Assembly: GCA_965219415.1 (NCBI GenBank)
Contig: CBDCNP010000002.1
Span: 224,001 to 288,000, forward strand
Source of the DNA: Candidatus Marinacidobacterales bacterium
GTDB lineage: Bacteria > Acidobacteriota > Vicinamibacteria > Marinacidobacterales > DATDRI01
DNA: 64,000 nucleotides
Direction: 5' to 3'
The notes under the pieces were generated by a model. The model did not search any database, was not told the origin of the DNA, and worked only from the letters and a program-made list of their open reading frames with translations. Of the stretch, positions 1 through 8,634 are shown piece after piece (the stretch's first letter is position 1; each line of letters starts with the position of its first letter). A program made the translations under genes and the position numbers.

Positions 1-591
1 TCAGCGCCGATACCGTCCCCCTACTCGCACTGACTCGGGGGACGATCTCTGGAATTTTCACCTTCGCCACTTCCACTACTCGACCGAAGGGATAGCCCAG
101 GACCCGGACCGGATCATTTGGGCTCAATCGCCGTGGAGTCCCCGAAGGGAACGTACGTCAGATCAGCACCGTGGATGGACAACACCGCGAGGCCGAGAGC
201 CGGGTCGACGGCGTTGATCGAAGCGGTGAACCGCCGGGCGCCTTCCCCATCCGGGCTGCCCGGCCCGCCGGGCCCGCCGGGGAAGACGACCTCGACCTGT
301 TCGACCTCCACCTTGATGGTGATCTCGGTGTCGCCCTCTTGCTGCGTGAGCTCGCGGTCACCGATCACGTGGTAGTTCGTGAGCACGTGCCCGTAGCGTG
401 ATATGACGAAGCCGCTCCCGGTCCCCAACTCCACCTCTCTCTGCTCGATAACCTCGTCCCAGGTCTTTCGATACTCGACGCGAACCTGTCCGGTCACCCG
501 GATGAAGACGGTGGCAGACGCTGTGGCCAGGCTGGGCGCCCAGCGGCGCGGCGCAGAAACAGGCCATCAGCCCGATGGCGAGCTTTCTCAT
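1..591 (-). CDS. Trypsin-like (HtrA/S1C) serine protease, N-terminal part; frameshifted and truncated by the window edge
   Basis: Signal-peptide-like start MRKLAIGLMACFCAAPLGAQ. After a frameshift: GTGSGFVISRYGHVLTNYHVI (catalytic His region). A further frame gives DPVRVLGYPFG. Pieces lie in at least three frames. Confidence 0.75.
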
Positions 592-700
592 ACCCTCCAG
601 GATAACAGGTGTAGGCCACGGGCCGATTCTGTTTCACCCGACAAACCTTTCACTTCGTGGTGGGCGCGCGGCGCGATAAAATAGGCACTTCGGGCAAGAA

Positions 701-2227
701 ATGGCTAAGTTCTATCTGACCACAGCGATCGACTACGTCAACAGCCGCCCCCACCTCGGGACGGCCTACGAGAAGATCACCGCCGACGTCATCGCTCGTT
801 ACAAGCGTCTCGCCGGAGTCGATACGCACTTTCTGATGGGCAACGACGAGCATTCCCTCAACGTTTTCAAGAAGGCGCAAGAGGAGGGTCTGGAACCGTT
901 AGCCTACTGCGACAAGATGGAAAACGAGTTCCGAGACGTTTGGAAGCGCCTGGACATCTCTTTCGACGATTTCATTCGTACCACCGAGGAGCGGCACCGC
1001 ATCGCGGTCACCACTCTGCTAGAGCGTATCCGTGACGCCGGGGACGTCTACGACGGCGAGTACGAAGGCTGGTATTGTGTTTCCTGCGAGGGCTTCAAAC
1101 AAGAAAAGGACCTGGTCGAGGGAAAATGCCCCCTCCACGGCACCGAGCCCAAGTGGATCAAGGAGAAGAACCACTTCTTTCGGCTCTCCAAGTACCAGGA
1201 GCCGCTCTTGAAGCACTATACGGACCATCCCGAGGCGCTCGAGCCCGAGATACGCCGCAACGAGATTCTCCGCGTCATCGAGGGTGGCCTAGAGGACATC
1301 TCCATCAGCCGCGAAAGCCAGAAATGGGGCATCCCGGTGTCATTCGACCCGGAGAGCGTGGTCTATGTGTGGTTCGATGCACTCATCAATTACATCTCCG
1401 CCGTGGGGTTCGGGCAAGACGACAAGCTCTTCGCACGATGGTGGCCAGCCGATCTCCATGTCATCGGCAAGGATATCACTCGTTTTCATTCCATCATTTG
1501 GCCGGCGATGTTGATGAGCGCCGGTGTCCCTGTCCCTAGGCAGGTCTTCGGCCACGGTTTCGTCTACTTCAAGGGCGAAAAAATGAGCAAGTCCTTGGGT
1601 ACCGTCGTGGATCCGCTGGATGCCGCGGATCGGTTCGGACCCGATCCACTGAGGCTCTATGTGATCCGCGAAATCGCATATGGCCAAGATGGCGATTTTT
1701 CCTGGGTGCGGTTCGAAACTCGATACAACGCCGATCTCGCCAACAACCTGGGCAACCTCGTGAGTCGCATCACCTCCATGTCGCAGAAATATCGAAACGG
1801 GGACCTTGGCTCATACACCGGTTCGCCGGGGCGGCTGGCTAAGATCGCAGAGGAGTCCCTCGCGAGTTACCAAGAGTCAATGGATCGCTTCGCTCTCCAG
1901 GACGGAGCGGCGGCGGCGTTCCGTCTCATCGACGCGACCAATGAGTTCATCACCGAACGTCAGCCTTGGGCGCTGGCCAAGGTCTCGGCAAAGGAGGAAG
2001 AGCTCCGCCAGGTCCTTTACGAGTCGGCGGAGGCACTTCGCATTTCAGCGACCCTGCTGTTCCCGGTGATGCCGAGTTCGTGTGCGACGATCTTGAGTAG
2101 GTTGGGGATGGCCAAGCCAGCAGCGGAGCTGCGCCTAGATTCGGATGCCATCTGGGGAAGCGGAGGAAGTCTCAAAACAAAGAAGGGGGAGCCCCTCTGG
2201 CCACGTTTGGAAGCCAAGAGTGCGTGA
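701..2227 (+). CDS. metG: Methionyl-tRNA synthetase, short form without the C-terminal tRNA-binding domain
   Basis: FYLTTAIDYVNSRPHLGT (HIGH-like motif), GNDEH, CVSC...CPLH zinc knuckle, YVWFDAL, IGKDI, KMSKS; 508 aa. Confidence 0.97.
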   Translation: MAKFYLTTAIDYVNSRPHLGTAYEKITADVIARYKRLAGVDTHFLMGNDEHSLNVFKKAQEEGLEPLAYCDKMENEFRDVWKRLDISFDDFIRTTEERHRIAVTTLLERIRDAGDVYDGEYEGWYCVSCEGFKQEKDLVEGKCPLHGTEPKWIKEKNHFFRLSKYQEPLLKHYTDHPEALEPEIRRNEILRVIEGGLEDISISRESQKWGIPVSFDPESVVYVWFDALINYISAVGFGQDDKLFARWWPADLHVIGKDITRFHSIIWPAMLMSAGVPVPRQVFGHGFVYFKGEKMSKSLGTVVDPLDAADRFGPDPLRLYVIREIAYGQDGDFSWVRFETRYNADLANNLGNLVSRITSMSQKYRNGDLGSYTGSPGRLAKIAEESLASYQESMDRFALQDGAAAAFRLIDATNEFITERQPWALAKVSAKEEELRQVLYESAEALRISATLLFPVMPSSCATILSRLGMAKPAAELRLDSDAIWGSGGSLKTKKGEPLWPRLEAKSA

Positions 2228-3762
2228 GCCAACACAGGAGGACCATGAAGACTAGACACTTTCTGGCCACTACCGCGGTACTACTCGCGTTTTCCGGCCC
2301 TCAGGCAACGGCGCAGAGCCTCGCCGAGTTCGAAAAATCGGTCACAGAGCATACGCTCGAGAACGGAATGAGATTCTTCATTGTTGAGCGGCGCGAGGTC
2401 CCGGTGATGTCTTTCCACATCTACGCCGATGTCGGCTCCGTCGACGAGGATAACGGCATGAGCGGTATGGCCCACATGTTCGAGCATATGGCCTTCAAAG
2501 GCACGAAAGACATCGGCACCACCGACTACGTCGCGGAAAGAAAGGCACTGGATAAAGTGGACGAGCTGGTCGCCGCGATTCAAGAAGAGCGGCTAAAGGG
2601 CGATCGAGCCGACACCGAGCGCCTCGAGCAACTCGAAAACGAATTTAAGGAAGCACAACGCGCCGCCAACGACTTCGTCATCAACAATAAATTCAGCGAG
2701 ATCGTCGAGGAGAACGGCGCGGTGGGCCTCAATGCCACAACATCGATGGACGCCACTCGCTACTTCTACAGCCTTCCATCGAACAAACTGGAGCTCTGGT
2801 TCTCGCTCGAGTCGGACCGCTTCTTGAACCCGGTATTACGTGACTTCTACAAGGAGAGGGGCGTCGTCATCGAGGAGCGACGGATGCGGGTCGAGAGCCA
2901 GCCGGTCGGAAACCTTCTCGAGGACTTCTTGTCGGTGGCATACAAAGCCCATCCCTATAGCCGGAACACGATTGGATGGTACTCCGATCTAGATAACCTC
3001 ACCCGGCCCGCGGCGAGGGAGTTCTTTCGCCGCTTCTATACTCCGTCGAACTTGACCGCTTTCATCGTAGGGGATGTCGACTCCGGCGAGGTCATCCGCC
3101 TCGCGGAGCTTTATTTCGGCCGACTGCCCGTAGGTCCTCCGCCACAGGGATTGTGGACCCGAGAGCCGCCTCAAGAAGGTGAGCGACGGACCACCGTCTA
3201 CGCGCAGTCTCAACCTCTTGTCCTCATGGGTTATCACAAGCCCGACGTGACCCATCCCGACGACGCCGTTTTCGACGCCGTCCAAGACATCCTGTCCGGT
3301 GGGCGCACGTCTCGCCTTTACCGAAGCTTGGTCGAGGACAAGAAGATCGCCGTAGCCGCGGGCGGCTTCCCCGGGTTTCCCGGTAACAAATACCCGAATC
3401 TGTTCTTGTTTTTCGCCTTCCCAACCCCTGGTCATACCAACGAGAAGAGCGAAGAAGCCATGCTGGCCGAGATCGAGCTGCTGAAGTCCGAGCTGGTCGC
3501 CGAAGACGAGCTTGAGCGGCTCAAGCAGCGTGCGCGGGCTCGTCTCATCGCGCAGCTCGATTCCAACTCAGGACTGGCGGGCCAGCTTGCCGCCTACCAA
3601 GTTCTCACCGGGGATTGGCGCAACCGTTTTCATACGCTGGACGACATCGACAACGTCACGCGAGAAGACATTCAGCGTATCGCCCAAACCTATTTCACGG
3701 AACGGAACCGCACGGTCGGATACTTGCTGACGGACCGAGCGGAACAGCCCACCGGCCGCTAG
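2224..3762 (+). CDS. M16 family zinc peptidase, catalytic subunit, probably exported
   Basis: HMFEH (HxxEH) motif, LNATTS, ERGVVIEERRMR, signal peptide. The GTG at 2224 overlaps the metG stop; ATG 2245 is an alternative start. Confidence 0.92.
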   Translation: MSQHRRTMKTRHFLATTAVLLAFSGPQATAQSLAEFEKSVTEHTLENGMRFFIVERREVPVMSFHIYADVGSVDEDNGMSGMAHMFEHMAFKGTKDIGTTDYVAERKALDKVDELVAAIQEERLKGDRADTERLEQLENEFKEAQRAANDFVINNKFSEIVEENGAVGLNATTSMDATRYFYSLPSNKLELWFSLESDRFLNPVLRDFYKERGVVIEERRMRVESQPVGNLLEDFLSVAYKAHPYSRNTIGWYSDLDNLTRPAAREFFRRFYTPSNLTAFIVGDVDSGEVIRLAELYFGRLPVGPPPQGLWTREPPQEGERRTTVYAQSQPLVLMGYHKPDVTHPDDAVFDAVQDILSGGRTSRLYRSLVEDKKIAVAAGGFPGFPGNKYPNLFLFFAFPTPGHTNEKSEEAMLAEIELLKSELVAEDELERLKQRARARLIAQLDSNSGLAGQLAAYQVLTGDWRNRFHTLDDIDNVTREDIQRIAQTYFTERNRTVGYLLTDRAEQPTGR

Positions 3763-3772
3763 GAGAGGTGTC

Positions 3773-5254
3773 ATGAAAAGACAAGCGCGACGAAACCACC
3801 ACCTCACCAGCGTTGCTTTCGCCATCGGCACTCTGCTCGGCTGGGGCGCATCGGTGAGCGCTCAAAAATCATACGATGAGCTGACCTATCCCCCCCTCCG
3901 CGACATCCAGGTTCCCGAGGTGGCCCGGACCGAGCTTCCGAATGGCTTGGTGCTCTACCTTATCGAGGATCACACCTTACCCAAGGTCCGAGGCTTCGCC
4001 CTTATACGCACCGGCGACCTCTGGGAACCAGCGGACAAGGTCGGCCTCGCCAGCATCGTCGGACAAGTCATGAGGATCGGGGGAACCGCGATGCATAGCG
4101 GAGACCAAATCAACAAGATGCTCGAAGACGTCGGCGCCTCCGTCGAGATCGGTATTGGTGAAACTTCCGGCACCGCTTCCTTGTTCGCTCTCAAGGAAAA
4201 CCTGCCCATGGTCCTAGGTGTCCTAGCCGACATCCTGCAGAACCCGGCCTTTGCCCCGGACAAGATCCAGTTGGCCAAGGTGAGGATGCAAAGCGGCATC
4301 GCACGGAGAAACGACGACGTCGCGGGTATTGCGAATCGGGAGTTCCAGAAATTACTTTACGGAAGCGACAGCCCATTTGCTCGAAGTGTGGAGCACGCCA
4401 CGGTCGCCAATATCACGCGGACAGACCTCGTTCAGTTTCACGCGCGTTACTTCCACCCCAATCAGATAGCCCTCGGCCTGTGGGGAGACTTCGACAGTGG
4501 CGCGGTTCGAACACATGTCGAGAAACTCTTTGGTTTATGGGAGCGCAAAAACGTCGACATCCCACCGGTACCCAAGGTCGACACCCCTCTTGCGGCCTCA
4601 GTCAACTACGTCTCGAAGGACGACATCAACCAGACCAACCTCCGCATTGGCCACCTCGGTAGCCGTAGGGACGATTCCGACTACTTCGCAATGAGCTTGA
4701 TGGCTGAAATTCTGGGTGGAGGCTTTTCTTCCCGCCTCTTCAAGCTCATCCGATCGGAGCAGGGACTCGCCTACCGTGTTGGCGCCTCATGGAACGCCGC
4801 TTGGGATCGACCCGGGACTTTCTCCGTCGTGTGTAACACGAAATCCGAGACCACCCTGCAGGCGACAACCGAGATACTGAAAGAAGTGCGGCGCATCACG
4901 GAGGAGCCCGTCACCGACGACGAGCTTCGTCTCGCGAAGGACGGGATCTTGAACTCCTTCGTTTTCAACTTCGATTCGAAGGGTGAAATCGTCCGCCGTT
5001 TGATGATCTACGAGTACCACGGCTACCCGAAGGATTTCTTGGAGCAGTATCGTTCCAACATCGAAAAAGTATCGGCGGCCGACATTCTCCGGGCGGCCAA
5101 GAAGCACATCAAACCAGACGGTCTCACCATCCTAGCGGTGGGTCGAGGGCAGGACTTCGACAAGCCTCTCGACACTCTGGGTGAGGTCAATACCATCGAC
5201 ATCAGCATCCCGCCCCCGCCTCAAAAGGCCAAAGGGGAAGTTTCGGGGCGATAG
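3773..5254 (+). CDS. M16 family peptidase, non-catalytic partner subunit
   Basis: M16-type motifs (LPNGL, ILGGGFSSRLFKLIRSEQGLAY) but no HxxEH; signal peptide; directly follows the catalytic subunit. Confidence 0.9.
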   Translation: MKRQARRNHHLTSVAFAIGTLLGWGASVSAQKSYDELTYPPLRDIQVPEVARTELPNGLVLYLIEDHTLPKVRGFALIRTGDLWEPADKVGLASIVGQVMRIGGTAMHSGDQINKMLEDVGASVEIGIGETSGTASLFALKENLPMVLGVLADILQNPAFAPDKIQLAKVRMQSGIARRNDDVAGIANREFQKLLYGSDSPFARSVEHATVANITRTDLVQFHARYFHPNQIALGLWGDFDSGAVRTHVEKLFGLWERKNVDIPPVPKVDTPLAASVNYVSKDDINQTNLRIGHLGSRRDDSDYFAMSLMAEILGGGFSSRLFKLIRSEQGLAYRVGASWNAAWDRPGTFSVVCNTKSETTLQATTEILKEVRRITEEPVTDDELRLAKDGILNSFVFNFDSKGEIVRRLMIYEYHGYPKDFLEQYRSNIEKVSAADILRAAKKHIKPDGLTILAVGRGQDFDKPLDTLGEVNTIDISIPPPPQKAKGEVSGR

Positions 5255-5261
5255 GCGCCGC

Positions 5262-5767
5262 TCACGAGGCGAATACGGCGCCAACGATAAACCAGAACGC
5301 GACGTAGAAGATAACGCCGATTCCGCATACGGCGGCGGCGCGACCGATGTCGGTGTAGCTCAATGCCGCCTTGGCGGCAAATACGGTGGCGACGATCATC
5401 CATATACTCGCCGCAAAAACCAAGAAAGGTCCGAGCACCGGGACGATTCCAAGGATGCGAGCAATGCCTGGCGCCGCACCGAAACCCATCGGCCTGAGGA
5501 ATTTATTGAAGTCGGCTTCCGTTTGCCCTTCGGGTAGAAGCTTGGTGCCCACTAGGAAGATAACGCCAGCCCAAACCAACCAGCTCACGACTCCTCGAAT
5601 AACGCCGCCTACCAGGCCGACGCCAAACCCTCCGACACCCGCAGCGAGAGCCGACACGGCAACAACTGCGATCGCCTGGTTGAAGGCATTGGGGTCGGCT
5701 TTGATCTCCGCGTACGCTCGGGATCGAGCTTTGCTGCGCCGACTATCCTCTCCTGGAAACTCGCCAT
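5262..5767 (-). CDS. Yip1-family integral membrane protein, frameshift near the 5' end
   Basis: RBS ggagggag then MASFQERIVGAAKLD; a shifted frame continues AYAEIKADPNAFNQAIAVV followed by several hydrophobic segments. Confidence 0.7.
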
Positions 5768-5872
5768 GTGCTCCCTCCTGTCACGAAAATCTCATGGTAC
5801 TCGATCGGCGCCTGGCTAGGCCTAATTAGAGCAACGAGCCAGTTTGGCGCCCATCAGGGTGTGAGATGCGCT

Positions 5873-6745
5873 TTACTTGGTCGCGTTGAAGGCCTTCAAG
5901 ACTGCTAGTAGGTCACTACTGGTATAGGTGATCTCCCAGTCCCCGGTCCTTGTCGCCCCCGGGTAGAGGGCACCATCGTTGATCGTTTCCTCACGCTTCA
6001 GCTGGAGCTTCATGGTGTAAGGTGGGCTCAACTTGAACGCCTCGTACTGTGCCCGGTTCCGCACCGCCTTTTCGACACCGGCACGGATCCGCTCCCGCGC
6101 GACTTCAGGGTGCAGATTCACGGCTACCGGACCAATCGCGTCTTTCACCGCCACCGTCTCGATATCCCCCACCAGTCCCTTGATCTGCTCACAAACCGCC
6201 TTGTCCCCCGCGACGAACACCACCGGGACGTCATAGAGCCCGGCGATGAGAGCGTTGTAACCACCCTCGGGTAGAGAAACTCCATTGATCGAGAAATCTG
6301 ACACGTTCCCGTTCGATGTGTGCTCCAGAATGGCGTCGGGAGTTCCCGCCTTGGCGTGATAGCCGATGAAAATTGCCGCATCAAAGGACTCATCGATTGG
6401 CAGCATCATGTTCTTGGGCCCCGGGTCGAGCCCACGAACAAGAAGAGCGTTCCGATTCAGCTCTTCCGGAAGCAGGTTCGTTTTCGAGCCATGGGAGTCT
6501 CGCACCACAACCTCCGTCGCTCCCGCGGCCAGCGCACCTTCGATGGCGGCGTTGGCTTCCTTGGTCATGACCTTCCGGAAGTATTGGTACTGGCTCCCGG
6601 AGCTGCCTGTACCCTCCCGGTCTACGACGCCGGTAATGCCCTCCATGTCCACAGAGATGAAGACCTTCAAGCCATCTTGCGCGGAGCCGAAAGCGGCCAT
6701 TCCCAGACAAGCCATAACGGATACGGTCCAAGTCAATCGTCTCAT
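5873..6745 (-). CDS. dppA: M55 family D-aminopeptidase (DppA-like) with signal peptide
   Basis: KVFISVDMEG, VRDSHG, FIGYHAKAG, LEHT motifs. ATG at 6745 lies 2 nt after the upstream stop. Confidence 0.9.
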   Translation of the reverse strand: MRRLTWTVSVMACLGMAAFGSAQDGLKVFISVDMEGITGVVDREGTGSSGSQYQYFRKVMTKEANAAIEGALAAGATEVVVRDSHGSKTNLLPEELNRNALLVRGLDPGPKNMMLPIDESFDAAIFIGYHAKAGTPDAILEHTSNGNVSDFSINGVSLPEGGYNALIAGLYDVPVVFVAGDKAVCEQIKGLVGDIETVAVKDAIGPVAVNLHPEVARERIRAGVEKAVRNRAQYEAFKLSPPYTMKLQLKREETINDGALYPGATRTGDWEITYTSSDLLAVLKAFNATK

Positions 6746-6747
6746 AC

Positions 6748-8472
6748 TTACCTCTCCATCCATCCCGACGTTTCTGATCCCGTCGGGGCGTTCTTCATGA
6801 TGTGCTCGGCCATCGATTCGACGAGCTCGGCGTTGGTCATGGGACGCCAACCGTGTCCCTTCTTCGGCCGACCATGAATCACTTCCCCGCCGTAATGCGG
6901 ATCCTTGGTGGCCTCCAAGAAATCCTCCATTAGATAGACCGCGTAGGGCAGATAAAACTGATCCGTCTCTGGATTGTAGATGCGGATCTTCCCCACCAGA
7001 TCGGGGCCGATCTTCGGCCAGTTCGTTTCAGTGTAATGGCGCAGATCGTAACCCTTGTCTCTCATGTACCGCGCTACTTCGACATCGATCTCGCCGGTTT
7101 TCTTGTCCCAAAGGAGTTTCGGATAACCATCGTCTCCAACCGGTCCATAGGCCGCATTCCAGATGTCGAGCTGCCCGCCGGATCTTCCCTTCGTACCTTG
7201 GGCCAGCTCGAGCTGGCTTATCTGACGCACCTTGCCCACCGGCTGGCCTTCCGTCGTTCGCTGAAACATCCGTTCGGGTGCGCCCGGCACCGAACCCGGC
7301 ACGATGAACGCATTATCGTCCTCGTAGATGTTGATGAGCTGATAACGGCGGAAATCGATAGGGTCGGGAAAAAAAGTCCACGTTCCGCCGAAGAATTTCG
7401 GGTGGTAGACCTGGAGGGCCAGGGACATCCACCCGCCGGTGGAGCCTCCGGTAAGGACGCGCGCGTAGGGTTTGGGAATGATCCGGAAGTTCTCTTCGAG
7501 ATACGGGATGAGCTCGGTGAGGAGTGCGTCTGCATACGGTCCGTTGTTCGCCGAGTTCACACCGTAGGAATCGTCAAAGTAGGGTGTTGGGTGCTGGAAC
7601 GTGATGGCGAACATGCGGGGGAACGAGTCCCCGCTCCAAGCTTTGTAGAAGTCGTAACCGGTGTCCATCTTGCCGCCCGCCGCCTCCATCATGTCCTGGA
7701 ACAAATCATTCTGCTCTGGCGGCTCGGTCATGAAACCGAAGGCGGGGTTCAAGCTGAAATGATTCTGCTGATACACAACGGGGTAATAGGCATCGGGATT
7801 CTCGCTGTACCCTTTGGGAAGCAGCACCGTCGCGCCGATTTCGATCGGATGTCCCCAGAACTCGGTAAGCAGCTTGCTCGGAAACTTGACTCGCTTCACC
7901 CACTCCGTATCTCTTGGCTCGCGCAGCGGAGGGATGGTGTCGACGAGCTCTAGGGTAATGGTCTTACTTGCGGCGGGATCCAGGTGAACGCGCCCCGGTG
8001 TACTGACGAGATTGCCCGGCGAGAACGCCCAGCGCTGGCCTTCCCACTGATCCATGGGAACCCAGATGACGTGACCATCAGATCGCCGAAACTCGGTGTA
8101 CACATGGAGGACGGCCTGAACGTAATACTCACCCGCCGGGAGCTCCTTCAAGCTCCATAGAGGGTATCCGATGGCGGTTGCGTCGATGACCGCTGTCTGA
8201 CCGGGCTCCAAACCCTCGACGTCAGTTGCGAAGAAGGGCATGCGACCGTCTCGGCGACGCGCCGAGTTGTACGCGGCGATGCGCGGAACCGGATCGTCGG
8301 TCGGGCTCACGGTAAGGAACATTCGTCCCGTGAGCGGCCCCTCGCTCAGAGTCTCGCCGAAAGAGATTTCGAAACGCAGCCCGCCGTTCTGAGACATCGG
8401 GCGGGCCGTCGATGCCATCGATAAAAGACCGAGGGTCATCAAACCCATCAAGACAACGCTTTTGGCTCTCAA
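6748..8472 (-). CDS. Exported alpha/beta-hydrolase (putative esterase, enterochelin-esterase-like)
   Basis: GGSTGGW nucleophile elbow (GxSxG), NSANNGPY, PDPIDF; N-terminal signal peptide. Confidence 0.8.
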   Translation of the reverse strand: MRAKSVVLMGLMTLGLLSMASTARPMSQNGGLRFEISFGETLSEGPLTGRMFLTVSPTDDPVPRIAAYNSARRRDGRMPFFATDVEGLEPGQTAVIDATAIGYPLWSLKELPAGEYYVQAVLHVYTEFRRSDGHVIWVPMDQWEGQRWAFSPGNLVSTPGRVHLDPAASKTITLELVDTIPPLREPRDTEWVKRVKFPSKLLTEFWGHPIEIGATVLLPKGYSENPDAYYPVVYQQNHFSLNPAFGFMTEPPEQNDLFQDMMEAAGGKMDTGYDFYKAWSGDSFPRMFAITFQHPTPYFDDSYGVNSANNGPYADALLTELIPYLEENFRIIPKPYARVLTGGSTGGWMSLALQVYHPKFFGGTWTFFPDPIDFRRYQLINIYEDDNAFIVPGSVPGAPERMFQRTTEGQPVGKVRQISQLELAQGTKGRSGGQLDIWNAAYGPVGDDGYPKLLWDKKTGEIDVEVARYMRDKGYDLRHYTETNWPKIGPDLVGKIRIYNPETDQFYLPYAVYLMEDFLEATKDPHYGGEVIHGRPKKGHGWRPMTNAELVESMAEHIMKNAPTGSETSGWMER

Positions 8473-8634
8473 TGAAGCTCCTTCATCTTCAGGTCGGCAT
8501 CAGATCGGCTGATAGGCTAATCGAATGGAAGGCGCGCAGCAAACGCCCTTGTTGATTGCGAAGGGGCGGAATCCAAGCGAGGCGGTATTCTAGACGAAAC
8601 CTAACTCTCGCTCGGTGACGACGAACAGGAGCTC

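Noticed and set aside
235-285. GC-rich ccgggc-type repeats near the window start
   Set aside because: They encode a Gly/Pro-rich loop (PGGPGGPGSP) within the protease and are not a separate repeat element.
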